Origin: Macrostomum lignano
Taxonomy: Eukaryota
Length of the DNA: 64,000 bases
Direction: 5' to 3'
NCBI GenBank assembly: GCA_002269645.1
Contig: NIVC01002179.1
Location: forward strand, 62,001 to 126,000
In this document: in pieces, positions 60,613 to 64,000 of the stretch
Position numbering within the stretch: position 1 is the stretch's first letter
Layout of the letters: each line of letters opens with the position of its first letter
Position numbers and translations under genes: made by a program
The notes under the pieces: generated by a model
Told to the model about the DNA's origin: nothing
Databases searched by the model: none
The model's input: the letters and a program-made list of their open reading frames with translations, nothing else

Positions 60613-61502
60613 CTCCTTCCCATCTATTATATTTTTAAACATTCAAAGCAATGAAAACTGGGCAGGCGTGAAGACAACTTTCAATCTTTCAATGAGCAAG
60701 TAGGTGAAACTAAGGCAGACGGTTAAAATAGAAACAAGACCGTGAAACCCCCCCCCCCCCAGTTGGTGGCAGAGAGGCGGGCGGCCGCCCTGCAAAGAGA
60801 GGTTTCTTAAAGAGAGAGAGAGAGAGAGCCAACTAGCCAACGGAAGTGTGGGAACGGCATTATTAAAGGTGGGGAACTAGGAGAGGACTCAAAAATCCTA
60901 AAACCACCCCCAACCTCAACCCCCCTAAACCAGCCCCTCGTTGTTGAGCACTTGAGTCTTCAGAGTGCCAAAAACCGGGCTTGGCTTGGCAAGCGAGGCG
61001 GCCGATAGAAGTGTGAAAGTGAGGCCTGAGCCCCTTCAAATTGGCGTGCTCAAGAGAAAGCCAGAGAGAGACGAGTGAGAGTACAGGAATGAGAATAAGA
61101 ATCCCATCTCCTACTCACTTTCTCCCCTTACTCTTTTTCTCCCATTAGCAATGCATTGAGCATAACTATAATATATATATGTGTGAGAAGTGTTGTGTAG
61201 AAGCAGAGAGGGTGTTTAGAATCGATCACATCAAAGGAGGCCGCCAGTTCGCAGGCTTGCGCAATCGATATCGCCCTGAGCTGAGCCAAGCAAGGCGAGA
61301 TATTGGCTGGGCAAATAATGCGGGAGAGCTTTTGTTTAAATGAAGTCGCCCGGGTTGCCGCAATTATTCTCTGCAAAATGCTGCTCCGTGGATTTTTTTA
61401 GCTATAGTAGGAATTAAGGAGTCGAGAAATCTTTGTGCCAAAAAACATAAACTCCTAATTGTAGGGTGAAGAGTGCAGTATGGTCAGTCTCACCTGTTAA
61501 TC

Positions 61503-62745
61503 TCTCTCTACCTCTCCCCTCCTGTCTCTACCTCTCCCCTCCTGTCTCTACCTCTCCCCTCCTGTCTCTACCTCTCCCCTCCTGTCTCTACCTCTCCCCT
61601 CCTGTCTCTACCTCTCCCCTCCTGTCTCTACCTCTCCCCTCCTGTCTCTACCTCTCCCCTCCTGCCTCTACCTCTCCCCTCCTGTCTCTACCTCTCCCCT
61701 CCTGTCTCTACCTCTCCCCTCCTGTCTCTACCTCTCCCCTCCTGTCTCTACCTCTCCCCTCCTGTCTCTACCTCTCCCCTCCTGTCTCTACCTCTCCCCT
61801 CCTGTCTCTACCTCTCCCCTCCTGTCTCTACCTCTCCCCTCCTGTCTCTACCTCTCCCCTCCTGCCTCTACCTCTCCCCTCCTGTCTCTACCTCTCCCCT
61901 CCTGTCTCTACCTCTCCCCTCCTGCCTCTACCTCTCCCCTCCTGTCTCTACCTCTCCCCTCCTGCCTCTACCTCTCCCCTCCTGTCTCTACCTCTCCCCT
62001 CCTGTCTCTACCTCTCCCCTCCTGTCTCTACCTCTCCCCTCCTGTCTCTACCTCTCCCCTCCTGTCTCTAACTCTCCCCTCCTGTCTCTACCTCTCCCCT
62101 CCTGTCTCTACCTCTCCCCTCCTGTCTCTACCTCTCCCCTCCTGTCTCTACCTCTCCCCTCCTGTCTCTACCTCTCCCCTCCTGTCTCTACCTCTCCCCT
62201 CCTGTCTCTACCTCTCCCCTCCTGTCTCTACCTCTCCCCTCCTGTCTCTACCTCTCCCCTCCTGTCTCTACCTCTCCCCTCCTGTCTCTACCTCTCCCCT
62301 CCTGTCTCTACCTCTCCCCTCCTGTCTCTACCTCTCCCCTCCTGTCTCTACCTCTCCCCTCCTGTCTCTACCTCTCCCCTCCTGTCTCTACCTCTCCCCT
62401 CCTGTCTCTACCTCTCCCCTCCTGCCTCTACCTCTCCCCTCCTGTCTCTACCTCTCCCCTCCTGTCTCTACCTCTCCCCTCCTGCCTCTACCTCTCCCCT
62501 CCTGTCTCTACCTCTCCCCTCCTGTCTCTACCTCTCCCCTCCTGTCTCTACCTCTCCCCTCCTGTCTCTACCTCTCCCCTCCTGCCTCTACCTCTCCCCT
62601 CCTGTCTCTACCTCTCCCCTCCTGCCTCTACCTCTCCCCTCCTGTCTCTACCTCTCCCCTCCTGTCTCTACCTCTCCCCTCCTGTCTCTACCTCTCCCCT
62701 CCTGTCTCTAACTCTCCCCTCCTGTCTCTAACTCTCCCCTCCTTT
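61503..62745. repeat. 20-bp pyrimidine-rich minisatellite (CCTGTCTCTACCTCTCCCCT)
   Basis: About 61 near-perfect units. Confidence 0.98.
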
Positions 62746-63494
62746 CTCTACCTCTCCTTTCATCTCTCCACCTCTCACCTCCTCTCTCTACCTCTCTGCT
62801 TTTCTCTCTCTTTCTCTTCCGCTCTCTTTCTCTCCTTCTTTCTCTATCTCTCCCTTAATCGTCTACCTCTCTCCTTCTTTCCACTATCTACCTCTCTCTT
62901 TCTCTCCACTATCTACCTCTCCAGTTCTCATAGACTTTTTAAGCTAGAGTTAGGAATTAATGGATCGTCAAACACCAAAGAACACCTGATTGTAGGCTAA
63001 AGCTAGGTTATAGTCATAGCTAGTGACAGGCACTACTAATAGTAAGCACAAACGAAAACTGCCGAACTGAAGCGCGAATTTTTTTTCGAACGCCTTTAAA
63101 GTTCTTCATAGAAAAATAATTTCAAAAATTGAGTTTAGAAATAAGCTAAAAGAAAAATGCATAGTTAGAGACTTTAAATTAATGATGTAGTCAACGCCTC
63201 GTATAATGCTTTATGAAAAAAGCCTGATTTGACAGTTACGAGTATTTCAGAATTATTTTACATGAATATGCTGTTTATTAATCTGTTTTTTTAATTAAAA
63301 CTCTATAGCCTGTTAATTTTGCTACTTTTATTTTTGATAGTAGTATATGACGGCTTAAATCACTATTTTAGAAGCTCACAGTACAACTTGCGAGTAAAAA
63401 TACCATACAGCGTTTGTACTCTGTAACTTTCCGTCATTTCTAGAAATAGTATTAAGATTAGAAATAGTAGGTACATTTCAATTATTTTTAGAGT

Positions 63495-64000
63495 TTGGGA
63501 TTTGGGGCAACATTTGGATTCTGAAAGTTTGGGATTCGGGAAGTTTAGGATTTGGGAAGTTTGGGATTTGGGAAGTTTGGGAAGCTTGGGATTTGGGAAG
63601 TTTGGGAAGTTTGGGAAGCTTGGGAAGTTTGGGATTTGGAAATTTTATGGATTTGGGAAGTTTGGGACTTGGGAAGCTTGGGATTTGGGAATTTTGGGAC
63701 TTGGGAAGTTTGGGATTTGGGAAGTTTAGGATTCGGGAAGTTTATGGATTTGGGACTTTGTGGATTCGGGAAGTTTGGGATTGGGGAAGTTTGGGATTCG
63801 AAAAGTTTGGGATTTGGAAATTTTAAGACTTGGAATTTTATGGATTTGGTAAGTTTAGGATTCGGGAAGTTTATGGATTTGGGACTTTGTGGATTTGGGA
63901 AGTTTGGGATTTGGTAAGTTTAGGATTCGGGAAGTTTATGGATTTGGGACTTTGTGGATTTGGGAAGTTTGGGATTTGGGAAGTTTGGGATTCGGGAAGT
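63495..64000. repeat. Degenerate G-rich repeat (TTTGGGA / GGAAGTTTGGGATTT), continuing off the window
   Basis: Direct reading. Confidence 0.9.

Overview
Eukaryotic (animal) genomic DNA, about half of it tandem repeat. The GC-rich, poly-Q/poly-A coding exons, C-rich splice acceptors and minisatellite-filled introns suggest a flatworm such as Macrostomum; this is an inference, not a database result. Genes supported by the sequence are as follows. (1) A minus-strand tandem cluster of TRAIP-like RING-H2/coiled-coil genes at 0-8 kb. (2) A 3-exon secreted protein with two tandem copies of an unnamed extracellular domain at 10.2-12.5 kb. (3) An intronless DEG/ENaC channel with an in-frame TGA and a frameshift at 14.6-16.3 kb. 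(4) PAIP1 in 3 exons at 28.4-32.3 kb. (5) A CREB/CREM-type bZIP at 34.7-35.7 kb. (6) The two 3' exons of naked cuticle at 41.2-43.6 kb. Mobile DNA includes a 3.3-kb hAT-type element, three MITEs with recognisable TIRs/TSDs, a tRNA-derived SINE, and possible degenerate Crypton tyrosine-recombinase fragments at 52-59 kb. More than 25 mini- and microsatellite arrays account for most of the long ORFs in the supplied track. The most unusual observations are a 52-bp minisatellite whose unit carries an exact ERSE (CCAAT-N9-CCACG), the Crypton-like fragments just downstream of it, the two-domain secreted protein, the TGA-interrupted ENaC, a PAIP1 intron flanked by an 11-bp direct repeat, and RING copies with altered zinc-ligand spacing. 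No CRISPR array, rRNA or intact tRNA was found.
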